Program-made: the position numbers and the translations under genes
Shown here: one piece after another, positions 12,210 through 24,770 of the stretch
How positions within the stretch are numbered: the first letter of the stretch is position 1
Layout of the letters: each line of letters starts with the position of its first letter
Notes under the pieces: model-generated
Told to the model about the DNA's origin: nothing
The model's input: only the letters and a program-made list of their open reading frames with translations
Database searches by the model: none
Assembly: GCA_964016885.1 (NCBI GenBank)
Contig: OZ024740.1
Coordinates: forward strand, 79,918,001 to 79,982,000
Source of the DNA: Eledone cirrhosa
Lineage: Eukaryota
Length of the DNA: 64,000 nt
Direction: 5' to 3'

Positions 12210-13262
12210 TTCACACACACACACACAATGTGCACATAATCACATACCACACACATGCACATGCATGCACAAACACGTCCACATACATATGCTCACACAT
12301 GTGCTCATGCATGCACATACACTGCATACCACACACACTGCACACCACACACACCACACACACCACACACTCCACATCATACACACACACACCACACGCA
12401 CCACACGACACACACTACACACCACACATCATACACACACCACATGCACCACACCACACACACCACACACCACACACACCACACACACCACACACACCAC
12501 ACCACACACCACACACACTACACACCACACACCACACACCACACACACTACACACCACACACACTACACACCATACTCACGACACACACACACCACACAC
12601 CACACACACTACACACCAAACACACTACACACACACCATACTCACGACACACCATACGACACACCACACACACCACACCACACTCCACACAACACACAAC
12701 ACACCACAGACCACACACCACACACCACACACGCTACACACCACGCATGCCACACACCACACCACATGCCACACACACCACACACACTACACACTACATC
12801 ACACACACCATACACACCACACACACCACACACACCACACACACCACACCACACACACACCATACACACCACACACCACACACACCATACACACCACACA
12901 CCACACACACCACACACCACACACACCACACACACTACACACCACACACACTACACACCACACACACTACACACCACACACAACACACACCACACACACC
13001 ACACACCACACACACTCCACACGACACATACCACACACCACACCACACACCACACACACCACACACACCACACACCACACACACTCCACATACCACACAC
13101 CACACACCACACCGCACACACCACACACCGCACACACTACACACACTACATACACTACACACCACACTCCACACCACACACACCACACACCGCACACACT
13201 ACACACACTACACACTACATACACTACACACCACACTCCACACCACACACACACCACACACT
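12210..13262. repeat. Degenerate (CA)n/(CACAC)n low-complexity tract
   Basis: Seen directly. Confidence 0.95.
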
Positions 13263-13399
13263 GTAGAATCACAATCAAATATATAAACAAGCAATATAAT
13301 TAAATATACTACAAATCTGGTCTCTTCAAGTTGGTCATTTATATCTGACCAAAATCTTAAGATACCAGTTCCTTGACTGACTCATGGTACACTTTGCCA

Positions 13400-14990
13400 C
13401 CATCCTTATCCCACCATCATCATCACCACCATCATCATATCACATCATTACCACCACCATCCTTATCACCACTGTCATCATCATCTTTATCATAATGACC
13501 ACAATCCTTACCCACCATTCTTATCACCACCATCTTTATCACCACCACTGTCAACATCAACATCATCATCACAATTATCACGATCATGTCAATTAACATC
13601 ACCCTTATCATCATCATCACCAACATCCTTAACACCACTGTCATCATCATCATCGTCATCATCATTCTTATCCACCATTTTTATCTATCACCATCATCAT
13701 CATGTCAATTAACACCATCCTTATCCATCATCACAATTACCACCATTCTTATCATCATCACCATTACCACCATTTTTGTCACCATCATCATCACCATTAC
13801 CACCATTTTTTGTCACCATCATCATCACCATTACCACCATTCTTATCATCATCACCATTACCACCATCATCACCATTACCACCATTCTTATCACCATCAT
13901 CATCACCATTACCACCATTCTTATCACCATCATCATCACCATTACCACCATTCTTATCACCATCATCATCACCATTACCACCATTCTTATCACCATCATC
14001 ATCACCATTACCACCATCACAAATACCCAATATTTTTATCACTATCATCATCATCATCACAATTATCACTATTACCACCACCACCACCACCATCAACATC
14101 ACTATTACCACCACCACCACCATCATCATCAACATCACTATTACCACCACCACCACCACCATAAACATCACTATTACCATCACTATTACCACCACCAACA
14201 CCACCATCATCATCAACATCAATTACCACCATTCTTATCACCATCATCATCACCGCAATTACCATTTTTATCATTACAAAAACCCAATATTTTTATCACC
14301 ATCATCGCAATTACCACCATTCTTATCATCAACATCACTATCAACATCACAATTACCATCATGTTTATCATCATCATGATTACCATCATTTTTATCACCA
14401 CCACCATCATCATCATCACAATTACCACCATTTGTATCACCACCATCATCACAATTACCATCATTTTTATCACCATCACAATTACCATTTTTATCACCAC
14501 CACCATTATCATCATAATTACCATTTTTATCACCCCCACCATCATCATCACAATTGCCACTATTTTTATCACCTTTATCATCATCATCACCATCATTTTA
14601 TCATCATGACAGTAACCACCAACCTTATCGTCATCATTATGACAATTGCCACCATCTCCACCACCATCTTCAACCACCATGATCACCATCCTTATCACAA
14701 TTGCCACCATGCTTATCCCCATCAGTCATCATCATTACATCAGCACAATTACTAACCCCCCCCCCCTCCTCACCACCACCACCATTGTCATTGTGCCTAT
14801 CCTCATTATTACCATTACCCCTCCTTATCACCATTAATTTCAACGCCACCACCATCTTCTCCCTTATAGTCATTATCATATCATCACCTTCCTCTTCCAC
14901 ATCATTATTACCATTGCCATCATCATTATCTTCTATATCACCAGAATCCACCACCATCATCATCAACATTATAATCATTATCATTGCACA
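13400..14990. repeat. (CAT/CAC)n trinucleotide low-complexity tract with a ~30-bp higher-order unit
   Basis: Repeated caccattaccaccattcttatcaccatcatcat. Confidence 0.95.
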
Positions 14991-15044
14991 ATATAATATT
15001 GTTACTAGCACTGTAACTGGCTGATTATCTCTGGCATACAGCAC

Positions 15045-15350
15045 TTCACTCTCTCTTGCCTTCTCTCTCTTGCCTTCTCTCTCTTGCCGTCTCTCTCTTG
15101 CCGTCTCTTTCTCTCTTGCCGTCTCTTTCTCTCTTGCCGTCTCTTTCTCTCTCGCCTTCTCTTTCTCTCTCGCCCTCTCTCTCTCTCGCCCTCTCTCTCT
15201 CACCTTCTCTCTCTCTCGCCCTCTCTCTCTCACCTTCTCTCTCTCTCACCTTCTCTCTCTCACCTTCTCTCTCTCACCTTCTCTCTCTCTCTCACTTCTC
15301 TCTCTCTCTCACCTTCTCTCTCTCTCACCTTTCTCTCACCTTCTCTCTCC
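15045..15350. repeat. (CT)n polypyrimidine tract
   Basis: Seen directly. Confidence 0.95.
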
Positions 15351-15878
15351 AATTATCATCATCATCATCATTCTGATGATTACTGCTAACCATGCAGGAT
15401 GTCGTACTTGGTTACATGTGGTATCAGGAATGGCAGTGTACATGGGAAGGGAATTTCTTGTGCTATAGCCTGGTCATTATTTGGTGTTTTGGAAATGTCA
15501 TTCTATTACTATAAAGGCTTAGAATAAACCTCTTCCTTTTGGTAGGTTTTTATATTATTCATGGCACAACTATGGTACAGCTGTGACACAATTATAAAAC
15601 AATGACATAACTATGTCACAGTTGTGACATCCTAAGGTACAAAAATGACAACTATTGCAGTACTATGATACAGCTTTGTCACAGCTGTGACACGACACAA
15701 CTATGGCATAACTATACCTTTATGATACAACAATGACACAACAATACCATAACTATAGTATAACTATGATACATCTGTCACAGTTGTGACACAATAACCC
15801 AACTATGGCATAACTATGATACATATGATGCAGCAATGACGTACCTATGTCACAGCTATGACACAACTAAGGTACAAT

Positions 15879-16063
15879 AATTGTTTCTACTTTAGGCACA
15901 AGGCCAGCAATTACCCAGTACATTACTGGTACTTTATTTTATCGACCCCGTAAGGATGAAAGGCAAAGTTAACCTCAACAGGATTTGAACTCAGACTGTA
16001 AAGGGACGTAACTATGCTAGAAAGCATGGCGTCCAACCCTCTACCGATACTGCCAATTCACCG
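15879..16063 (-). mobile_element. SINE family 2 (Meta/MESC-domain-like), full length
   Basis: tRNA-like head (TGGCAGTATCGG...GAGTTCAAATCC) plus Meta-like core. Confidence 0.85.
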
Positions 16064-16167
16064 ATGCAACCACAACACAGATGTGACATAACTGTAACAG
16101 TTCTGATTTAATGATGACACAGTTATGATACATCTATGACACAACTGACATAATTATACAATAATTA

Positions 16168-17046
16168 CACTATGTAACAAAAATTTTACTTTTTTTTTTT
16201 TTGTCTTTGGTCAATAAGTGCTATTTCCAGCTTTCTTCTGTCTAGAAATCACAGGAAAAGATTATCATTCTCTAACTTTGCTTTTGTGACATGGACAGCC
16301 ACTGTTTGATCCCGAGAAGGTGTTGTTCCCACCACTTAACTTAAAATTGGGCCTTATGAAACAGTTTGTCACAGCTCCAGATAAGGAGTGGGCAGCCTTC
16401 AAGTACCTTCGAGACCACAAATAAGAAAGATCGTGGAGTGCAAGGAATTCTCCAAGAAGCTCACTAAGACAGAGAAGGCAGCGTGGAACATCTTTGTTAC
16501 AGTGGTTCGGGGCTTCCTGGGGAATCACATAGCCGAACATTGTGGAGCTTGTTTAGACCCTGGTGAAGAACTTCGGTAAAATGGGTTGCAGGATGTCCCG
16601 CAAAGTGTATATCCTTGACGCTGCTCTTGATAAATTTGAGGGGAACTTGGTGGCATACTCTGAAGAACAAGGCAAGCGCTTCCCCCAGGATATACTTGAC
16701 ATTGAACATTGCTACCAAGGATCATATAATGAAAACATGATGGGAGACTATATATGGAGGCTGATTCGTGAAAGCAATTTCAGCTTAAGTGTAAATTCCG
16801 AAGACCACCTTTTTTTGTATAATCCTAGAATAAATAAATGCTACTTTGTCAATTATATGTCATTGCTTGAATGAGAATGTTCACATTTGGCAGTTTTCAC
16901 AATAGGATTAGGTGAATCTAGAAATATAATTATCATGGTCATAAAAGCAAAGTTTTAAGGAAATATTAGACATTTTTCATACTTTCTAGGCATAAGCAAA
17001 TAGAAAATAATAGTTCCTATCCAAGGACAAAAATCGTGTTACAGTG
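16168..17046 (+). mobile_element. Chapaev3-type (CMC) DNA transposon, non-autonomous deletion derivative
   Basis: Termini CACTATGTAACA / TGTTACAGTG with TTA TSD. Transposase C-terminal remnants PPLNLKLGLMKQFV and YSEEQGKRFPQDI...MMGDYIW. Confidence 0.8.
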
Positions 17047-17639
17047 TTATTAGAGTACTTTGATAACATCGGTGGCGTGGAGAGGGGAGACCGATATGCA
17101 TGGATGACTACTGGTCTTCTACTAACAACCTTGTCAAGACTTGTGGCTTGGAGGAGAACTATGGTCATTTATGACCAAAGTGGGTCTTTAAGGCACAACT
17201 ATTACAGAACTATGATTCAATTATATCATAACTATTAGAGAACCCTGAAATAACTAACACAATTATTAAAGCACTATGGTATTACTATGACTCACCTATG
17301 CTATAATTTTGTCACATATATGATAACTACGATGCAATTATGACAACTATGACATGGCTCTGTAATTATGATACGACTATGACACAACTCTGATGCAATT
17401 ATGACTATCATGCATAGTGATATAGTTACTGTAGCTGTTATCTCTATTACACTACTCTGGTGTAACTGTAACAACTATAAAAGAATTATGACACATCTAT
17501 GAAACTATGGTAAAACTATGACACAACTCTGGCAAGATTATGATAAAACTGTGGCACAATTATGTCATAGCTATTTGAAAACTTTGGTATCATTATGACA
17601 CAAATTTGGCATAACTATGACAACTTTCTTTCTCATTGG

Positions 17640-17670
<31 letters not shown>

Positions 17671-18259
17671 ATTTGTATCACAAATAATTAGCAAGTTATA
17701 AATTAGACAAAAACTAACATTTGGAGATCTCATTATGTTTTTGTAAAACATCTACATAACAAAAATGACAAATGATGGAAGGGGGTGGAGGAATTGAATT
17801 TTTTTTAAATTTTGTTTTTGTAAACTATTATTTCTAAGTGTTAGATCATTTTGAAAAGTCAGCCTGAAATTAATCAGATTGTTTTGAAAATTCAGCATTA
17901 AAAGAAAGCTAAAAAAAACTCCTGCCCTTCATCAATATAATCATCATCGTTGTTGTTGTTGTTTTCTCTAGTGTAATTAGTGATTTTTTTTCTCTATTTC
18001 TTAACTGTGAAACAAACTTCATTAATTATTTTATATCACATTAATTCATACATGACTTGAACCAAACTTCTTTTCCCTCTTTGCTCAGCTCCCAAAGCTT
18101 CATTCTTTCTGTCTGCCTGTTTGTCTATATATCTCCCCCACCCTCTACTCTCTCATTAGTTATTGGCTTTGTGAGTTAAGAATTTACTTTTTAAAAATGT
18201 GGTTTTGGGTTCAATCTTGCTGTGCATCACAGTTCCTTTTCTCAGATAAACATTGTCAT

Positions 18260-18740
18260 CGTCATCATTTTATGTCTGCTTTTCATAGGGGCATGGGTTG
18301 AAAGGATCATCTTAGTTTGAATACATTTTTATCAAATAATGTTACTGCTCTTCTAGATGTATCAGGGGATCATGCACCACTCATATGTTCTGTTTTTGGT
18401 ATGATTTATACAGCTGTATGCCCTTCCTAAAACCAACTATTTAAGAGTCTACTGGGTGTGTTTTAGTTTCTTAAGATCAGTCTTCCTCTCATCACACATC
18501 TAAGTCACCCTCTTCCACAGATGTGATCTATTTCAAGAACTTGGCACTTTATTATACAACTGATACACTTCATGCCTATGGTAGTGCAGTCTTCTAGCTT
18601 TCATACTACATTTCATTTGTTTTATATCCATCTTTTCTCTCAGCTCATTTGTATATTTACAACATTTATATCTAGATTGTTTCACTTGGGTTGCTCTCTG
18701 ATTGTTTTCAGGTGTCTTATAGTCTCCCATGCTTTTGATG
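18260..18740 (-). mobile_element. Old RTE 3' fragment
   Basis: NELREKMDIK...ARRLHY remnant plus decayed 3' UTR motif. Confidence 0.6.
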
Positions 18741-19037
18741 ACAATTGGAAATAGACATTCATTGTAAATATACCCTCTAAATAATCTGCAAATATATATT
18801 TCAGTTAGATATTGAATAATCTTGTTTGAACTGATGTAGCATTGAAATAATTGATGAAATGTTTGGGAAAAAACGGTGGTAGTGATGTTGGTGGTAGTGC
18901 CAAGGGTGGTAGCAATGATGGTAGTAGTGATGATAAAGATTTGCCTGGTATGAGTTGCTTCACACACACTCACAAACTGTCCTTATTACAAGTCAATGAA
19001 GAGATAAAGGCACTGTATAATGTAGTCCTAGATACAA

Positions 19038-19207
19038 TCATCATCATTACCATTTTATGTCCATTTTTCCATGCTAGCCTGGGTTAGACGAGTTGTCCTG
19101 TTGTGGGCGATGTCAGGTCAGGTGACAATGTCTTACTCATACAGAACTGATTTTGGCTTGTTTTCTACATCTGGATGCCCTTCCTAACACCAACCTCATT
19201 TACAGTG
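19038..19207 (-). mobile_element. RTE subfamily B-like 3' end
   Basis: Matches 5240-5410. Confidence 0.75.
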
Positions 19208-19346
19208 ATAGCTGAAAAAAGAGGCAGGAATGTCATGGTGGGAATGCCTTCAATCATTGGTCTGCTTGATCAATGATAACCTAAGGCTCAACAACAACAA
19301 TTGCTAGATTAAGTTAACTGCAATATAATAGTCAGGACATGGATTC

Positions 19347-19821
19347 CAGTTTATTACTCAGCTTCTTTTGTCTTAGACAGGCCAGAGAAAGTGTTTTGGT
19401 GTGTTCTTGATACCTGTAGATTCGTTTTTGTTTAGCTAGCAGCAGTTTATTACTCAGCGTCTTGAAAATATGGTGGTTATGGTAGCAGAAATTTATAGCA
19501 TATTTGTTTGGTGAACGGTATATGTTGCTCAAAGGTTAGCAAGCTTGCCTAGAACGTAATCACTAGGAGGCAGTTTATATAATAACTATTGTAGCATGTG
19601 TTTTCCAGTGTGTCTTCTTCACCACCTCTGAGACAATGTTGGCTGGGACCCAGAGGTGGAGGGTAAGTTAGTTGGAAGTGGAGGATACTTGTTTGGATGT
19701 CAGTTTCTTTCAGCCCAATTTCTAACCGTTTAATAATGTTTTATTGTCTTAGACAGGCCAGAGAAAGTGTTTTGGTGTGTTCTTGATACCTGTAGATTCG
19801 TTTTTATTTAGCTAGCAGCAG
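19347..19821. repeat. Split direct-repeat structure (B-A-B-X-A)
   Basis: 78-bp repeat at 19368-19445 and 19744-19821; 21-bp repeat at 19347-19367 and 19443-19463. Confidence 0.8.
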
Positions 19822-19887
19822 GTCAACTGTTCCAGTCATGCCCATCCTGTCTTTGTGTATACCTAGGTCTATATTGTTCATTGTATC

Positions 19888-21981
19888 TGTAGCAGGAGTT
19901 GCCTCCCTTGTTGTGACACTCACAACACCGATGGATTAACGGTCTCTAGACAGGAAGTTCCGGTCAGAACCCTATAAAACTAACAACGTTAAGCTCTCTA
20001 TCTCTCATACGCCTTTTTGGGCAGGCGCCTCCTGGCTTTCGCCAGGAGTCTTCGCTCAGGCGTGTGTAACCCTGACAACCAAGCGGTAACTAATAACTTT
20101 GTTTCATTCTCTCATCTACTCATTGACATGTCAACTATACTGTTTTATATATCCACAAATTGTTTATTAACTATTATACACACTAACCACTTCGTCTTTG
20201 TTACATTCATACACACCAGTATTTCGCTAAAGTAGTGACCCCGACGTGATACGAACACGCAGCCGTTCACTGTTATAAGTGGTGACCTCGAAAAAAAAAA
20301 AAAAATAGAAGAATCTGGTGTTGTCTGAGTAACATTACGAATACACAGCAAAATTTTATTGACAAACTATGAAAATACTCAGTCAAAGAAACGCACACAC
20401 GTACATGTGAAATTTTCGTCCAGACAGACTCGTTTTCCCTCACGCATCAACTAACTGTCGTATTTCACGATATATATATATGTTTCTCGTTTCTTACAAC
20501 AAACACTTTAAAAGCAAACAAAAAAAAAGAGAAATTTGATTTTTTTTTTTTTTTTTTTTTTTTAAAACATTTCAACAGGAACATTTATTTTCGATGAACC
20601 TCAACCATTGCCTTTTTTTTTCATCGTTTTCTTCATCGTTCAAGTTTTTTTCAAAGTTCACACCAAAAATAAAAAAAAACAAATTGAACTCGCCATATTT
20701 GTTATGCTAAGTGAAGCCTTTCTTTCTTTTTCATCATTGTCACTTTCACACACATTTTTTCAAAATGGCTGCCAACGACCTGTTGCACTATCATTTTCGC
20801 GCCATTTTCTCGCGCATTAGAAATATTATTTTTTCAACTTAACCTTGTTTTGGCACGTGTAGGATTCTCGATTCACTGAGGTAGCCACATGCCAGGGATA
20901 ACGTTTCTCGCCAAGGATTCTCCAGCCTTAAACTATATTCTCCTATTTGCTGGTTTAAAAATTTACCACGTAAATTTGCCGTTGAAAACTGCGCATTTAT
21001 TCAGAATGCTTATTTCTTTGGTCGCTGGCCTCTTGACCCTTCCAGGTCAACGCATTCTCAACATCGACCATCAACTTCGGCTGTTATTTCTAGCACTTTG
21101 CGCAACTCATTTTTTTCTGAAAAAATTTTTTTACTGTCAATTTAAACACCGAATACGCTCACCCCGCGAGACAACAACAACAACAGCAACACAGCTTCAT
21201 CAACAACCAAAACCAGCAGAACAAGCCAGTAATTTATTTTTGCAGCACTCTTCCTGTGAGAAAATCCATTTGGAGGTTGGAAATTTCACGATATACCACA
21301 GAATAGAAACCACCTGCATTCATTCTCTGGAACACACTTTCTTTCCTGCTGTCATGTAATTGCACACCTGTGAACTATATTTTGTACATTTGAACTTTGA
21401 GCTCTTCTCTTACTTTATTACATTGTATCTTTGGGTGACGGATAGATAGATGTCCAGTCGTTCTCTGGCCAAGAGCGGTTGGCTACCTTGATATCTATCA
21501 TTGATTTTTGCAAACATTATTTTTTTTTCGTAATTTTCATGCTGTTACAATATTCTCGCCAACTTGCTACATACATATTTCATTCGATTTTTATACTTTA
21601 AAAATCTGGCAAGAAGTAATGTAGCAGGAGTTGCCTCCCTTGTTGTGACACTCACAACCCCAATGGATTAACGGTCTCTAGACAGGAAGTAGAACCCTTG
21701 CTGTAACTTCCGGTCAGAAGCCTATAAAACTAACAACGTTAAGCTCTCTATCTCTCATTCGCCTTTTTGGGCAGGCGCCTCCTGGCTTTCGCCAGGAGTC
21801 TTCACTCAGGCGTGTGTAACCCTGACAACCAAGCGGTAACTAATAACTTTGTTTCATTCTCTCATCTACTCATTGACATGTCAACTATACTGTTTTATAT
21901 ATCCACAAATTGTTTATTAAATATTATACACACTAACCACTTCGTCTTTGTTACATTCATACACACCAGTATTTCGCTAAA
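19888..21981 (+). mobile_element. Non-autonomous gypsy-type LTR retrotransposon
   Basis: LTRs at 19888-20231 and 21620-21981 (near-identical, 18-bp indel), 4-bp TSD TATC, tRNA-Trp PBS at 20233, weak PPT. No gag/pol ORF recognisable internally. Confidence 0.9.
20233..20264 (+). promoter_or_regulatory. Primer-binding site complementary to the tRNA-Trp 3' end (extended)
   Basis: TAGTGACCCCGACGTGAT-ACGAACACGCAGCC versus the tRNA-Trp complement TGGTGACCCCGACGTGAT-TTGAACACGCAACC. Confidence 0.85.
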
Positions 21982-22116
21982 TATCCTTTCTCTTCTTTTT
22001 ATTACAGAAGAGGGTGATTTGAGGGAGGTTTGACTGTCTGCTAATTCTAGCAGGTCAAGTGACTGTATAGATGCTCTCTTATTGGTGCATAGTCACATAA
22101 GAAACATTCATTATTT

Positions 22117-22296
22117 CTGGCAGTATCGGTAGAGGGTCGGACGCCATGCTTTGACGCATAGAATTACGCTCCTTGCCATTCTGAGTTCAAATCGCGCCGA
22201 GGTTAACTTTGCCTTTCATCCTTACGGGGTCGATAAAATAAAGTACCAGTAATGTACTGGGTAATTGCTGGCCTTGTGCCAAAAGTAGAAACAATT
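22117..22296 (+). mobile_element. SINE family 2 (Meta/MESC-like)
   Basis: Same family as 15879-16063. Confidence 0.85.
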
Positions 22297-22827
22297 ATTT
22301 CCTAAAATATGATCTGAGCTCACCAGTATAATATAACTCTGTTCCTAGTACTCAAAGACGCTGATCTACACAATGGGACTGCATAGGGGGCATAACTCCC
22401 TGTAGGTTAAATGGTGTCAAAGTAGAAGACATACAAACCCTCCTACCTACCTGAGATGAGCATATGTTTAATTGATCTTTTCAAAAGGAATTACTATATT
22501 TGACAGTTTATAAAATGCACTTTTGCATTTCCAAAAAATGTCCCAGGAAATCACCTTGTGTCTTATAAGGTCATAGGTCAGTTTGGGTTACTGGCTAGTG
22601 GAGTTCTAGTGCTGCAGTGGCCTTTAAATTAAACTGCAAACATCTCCACAGATGTAAACAAGGTGGCAATTACTTCTAGACTAACGTCAACTCCTTTCTA
22701 AAAAAAAGCTGCAATTTTAATAAAGTTTATGATAATATTCAGTATTATTTTATATAAAATATGTTAGTGAATATGAGCTGAAGGTTTGTAAAATTATCTG
22801 ATTAAGTCATCAATATTTTTAGGTTAA

Positions 22828-23031
22828 CCCTTTAGCATTTAAACCAGCCGTATCCAGCTGCAATTCTGTTACCTCTTTCTGTTCAAACCGGTTGTAACCA
22901 GCCACACATACTAATGTTAAGGTATTGTTCTCAAAATAAATATCAAAACCTCATAGATTTGATATTATGTGAGATAATTATGTGAGGTAAAGCTTTTACC
23001 ACGAAAATAGAGTAATGTAAATGCTAATGGG
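22828..23031. mobile_element. piggyBac-type MITE
   Basis: TTAA|CCCTTTAGCATT...AATGCTAATGGG|TTAA; further copies at 26808 and 59590. Confidence 0.85.
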
Positions 23032-23395
23032 TTAACATCATCCTCATTGTTACTGGTATATTTATCATCACCACCATCATAATCATTATCTTTATCACTG
23101 CCAGCCTGACCATCAAAAACGTTCCCTATATCAGACATATAAATCCATGGCTAGAGTTTTAATTTAGCCTTCACAATCCTGTGACTCTCTGCTCCCTTTC
23201 TTCTGTGGCCCAAGCGTCCTTGCTGTTTTGCCTTCTTTTTCTCTCATTTATGGCATTTGTAGTCCTTTCCTCTACTTTCCTATACAGCCAGATCTACCCT
23301 TCTTTACCCCTTCCTTTTTTTAAATTTTGTTTTTATCTTTCTTTTTCATACTTCCATTATTGTATAACTTTTTTTATTTGTAATGTTATTTATAT

Positions 23396-23780
23396 CAGTG
23401 GTCGCCAACCTTTCCGACCTCACGGACCACTAAATACATAATTTTAAATCCCGTGAACCACTAAGAATTTTTTTAAAAAAGATAAATACATTTATAGAAT
23501 AATGATCAGAGAACTTCCATTTTATTAAACAATACTGAAGCGTATATGTGTCATATTGTTGATAGATGATAAATATGTGTAAAATTCTTTCATAGATGTT
23601 AGTTCTTTACTAAGGAGAAATATTTTTAGGGGGTTATAAAATATATTTTAAGTAAATATTATTTTTGTATTATTATTAATAAAACATAAAAATTGCAAAT
23701 GTCCAAATTTTTCTGTGGACCACCAAAATTTTCTCTCTCGGACCACCAGTGATTCACAGACCACCTGTTGGCGACTGCTA
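23396..23780. mobile_element. hAT (Charlie-like) MITE
   Basis: TIRs CAGTGGTCGCCAAC / GTTGGCGACTGCTA; 8-bp TSD ATTTATAT. Confidence 0.85.
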
Positions 23781-23997
23781 ATTTATATCACTGAATAATA
23801 AAACCAAAAAAATTGTAGTGGATAGAAAGTAGGGGTTGTGATAATGATTATTTTCTCAAAGAAATGGGGACCTGTCAAATGATGTGAAGCAGCGCCAGCG
23901 AGCTTAACACTTGTTTCTACACTTACCACACCTAATAGGAAATATCTATGAACTATAATCTACTACTACTGACACCCATACCTGCTGACAGCATTAA

Positions 23998-24770
23998 CCA
24001 CCACCACCACCACCACCACCACAATCACCACCACCACCGCAACCACCACCACCACAACCACAACAACCACCACCACCACCACAACCACAACAACCACCAC
24101 CACCACCACAACCACAACCACCACCACCACAACCATCACCACCACCATCATCACCACCACCATCACCACCACCACCACCACCACAACCACCACAACCACC
24201 ACAACCACCACAACCACAACCACCATCATCACCACCACCATCATCGCCACCACCATCACCACCACCATCACCACCACCACCATCACCACCACCATAACCA
24301 CCACCACCACCACAATCACCACCACAATCACCACCACAATCACCACCACCACCACAATCACCACAACAACCACCACCACAACCACAACAACCACCACCAC
24401 CACCACAACCATCACCACCACCACCACAACCATCACCACCACCACCACCACCATCATCACCACCACCACCACCGTCACCACCACCACAATCACCACCACC
24501 ATCACCACCACCACCACCATCACCACCACCACCACAATCACCACCACCACCACAATCACCACCACCATCACCACCACCACCACCATCACCACCACCACCA
24601 CAATCACCACCACCACAATCACAATCACCACAATCACAACCACCACCACCACCACAACCACCTCCACAATCACCACCACCACAACCTCCACCACCACCAC
24701 CACCACTACTATTACTACGACTACCTTTACTACCACAACCTTCAACCACCACTACCGCCACCAGCACCTC
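23998..24770. repeat. (CAC/CAA/CAT)n microsatellite
   Basis: Seen directly. Confidence 0.95.

Larger units (their letters stand above)
15560..17625. repeat. Degenerate ~11-bp minisatellite (CTATGACACAA) interrupted by a SINE and a DNA transposon
   Basis: Recurring atgacacaact variants at 15560-16165 and 17190-17625. Confidence 0.7.

Noticed and set aside
12300-13262. Resemblance to yeast-type (C1-3A)n telomeric repeat
   Set aside because: It grades out of ordinary (CA)n, has no CCC-containing units or TTAGGG, and is interstitial.
12148-15468. Long His/Thr/Ile/Ser-Leu-rich ORFs
   Set aside because: They are open in several frames on both strands because the microsatellites lack stop codons; no coding evidence.
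15560-17625. CRISPR-like array
   Set aside because: Degenerate tandem minisatellite with no unique spacers, in a eukaryotic context with no cas genes.
20017-21359. ORFs in the LTR and LTR interior as gag/pol
   Set aside because: No zinc knuckle, protease, RT or integrase motifs recognisable.
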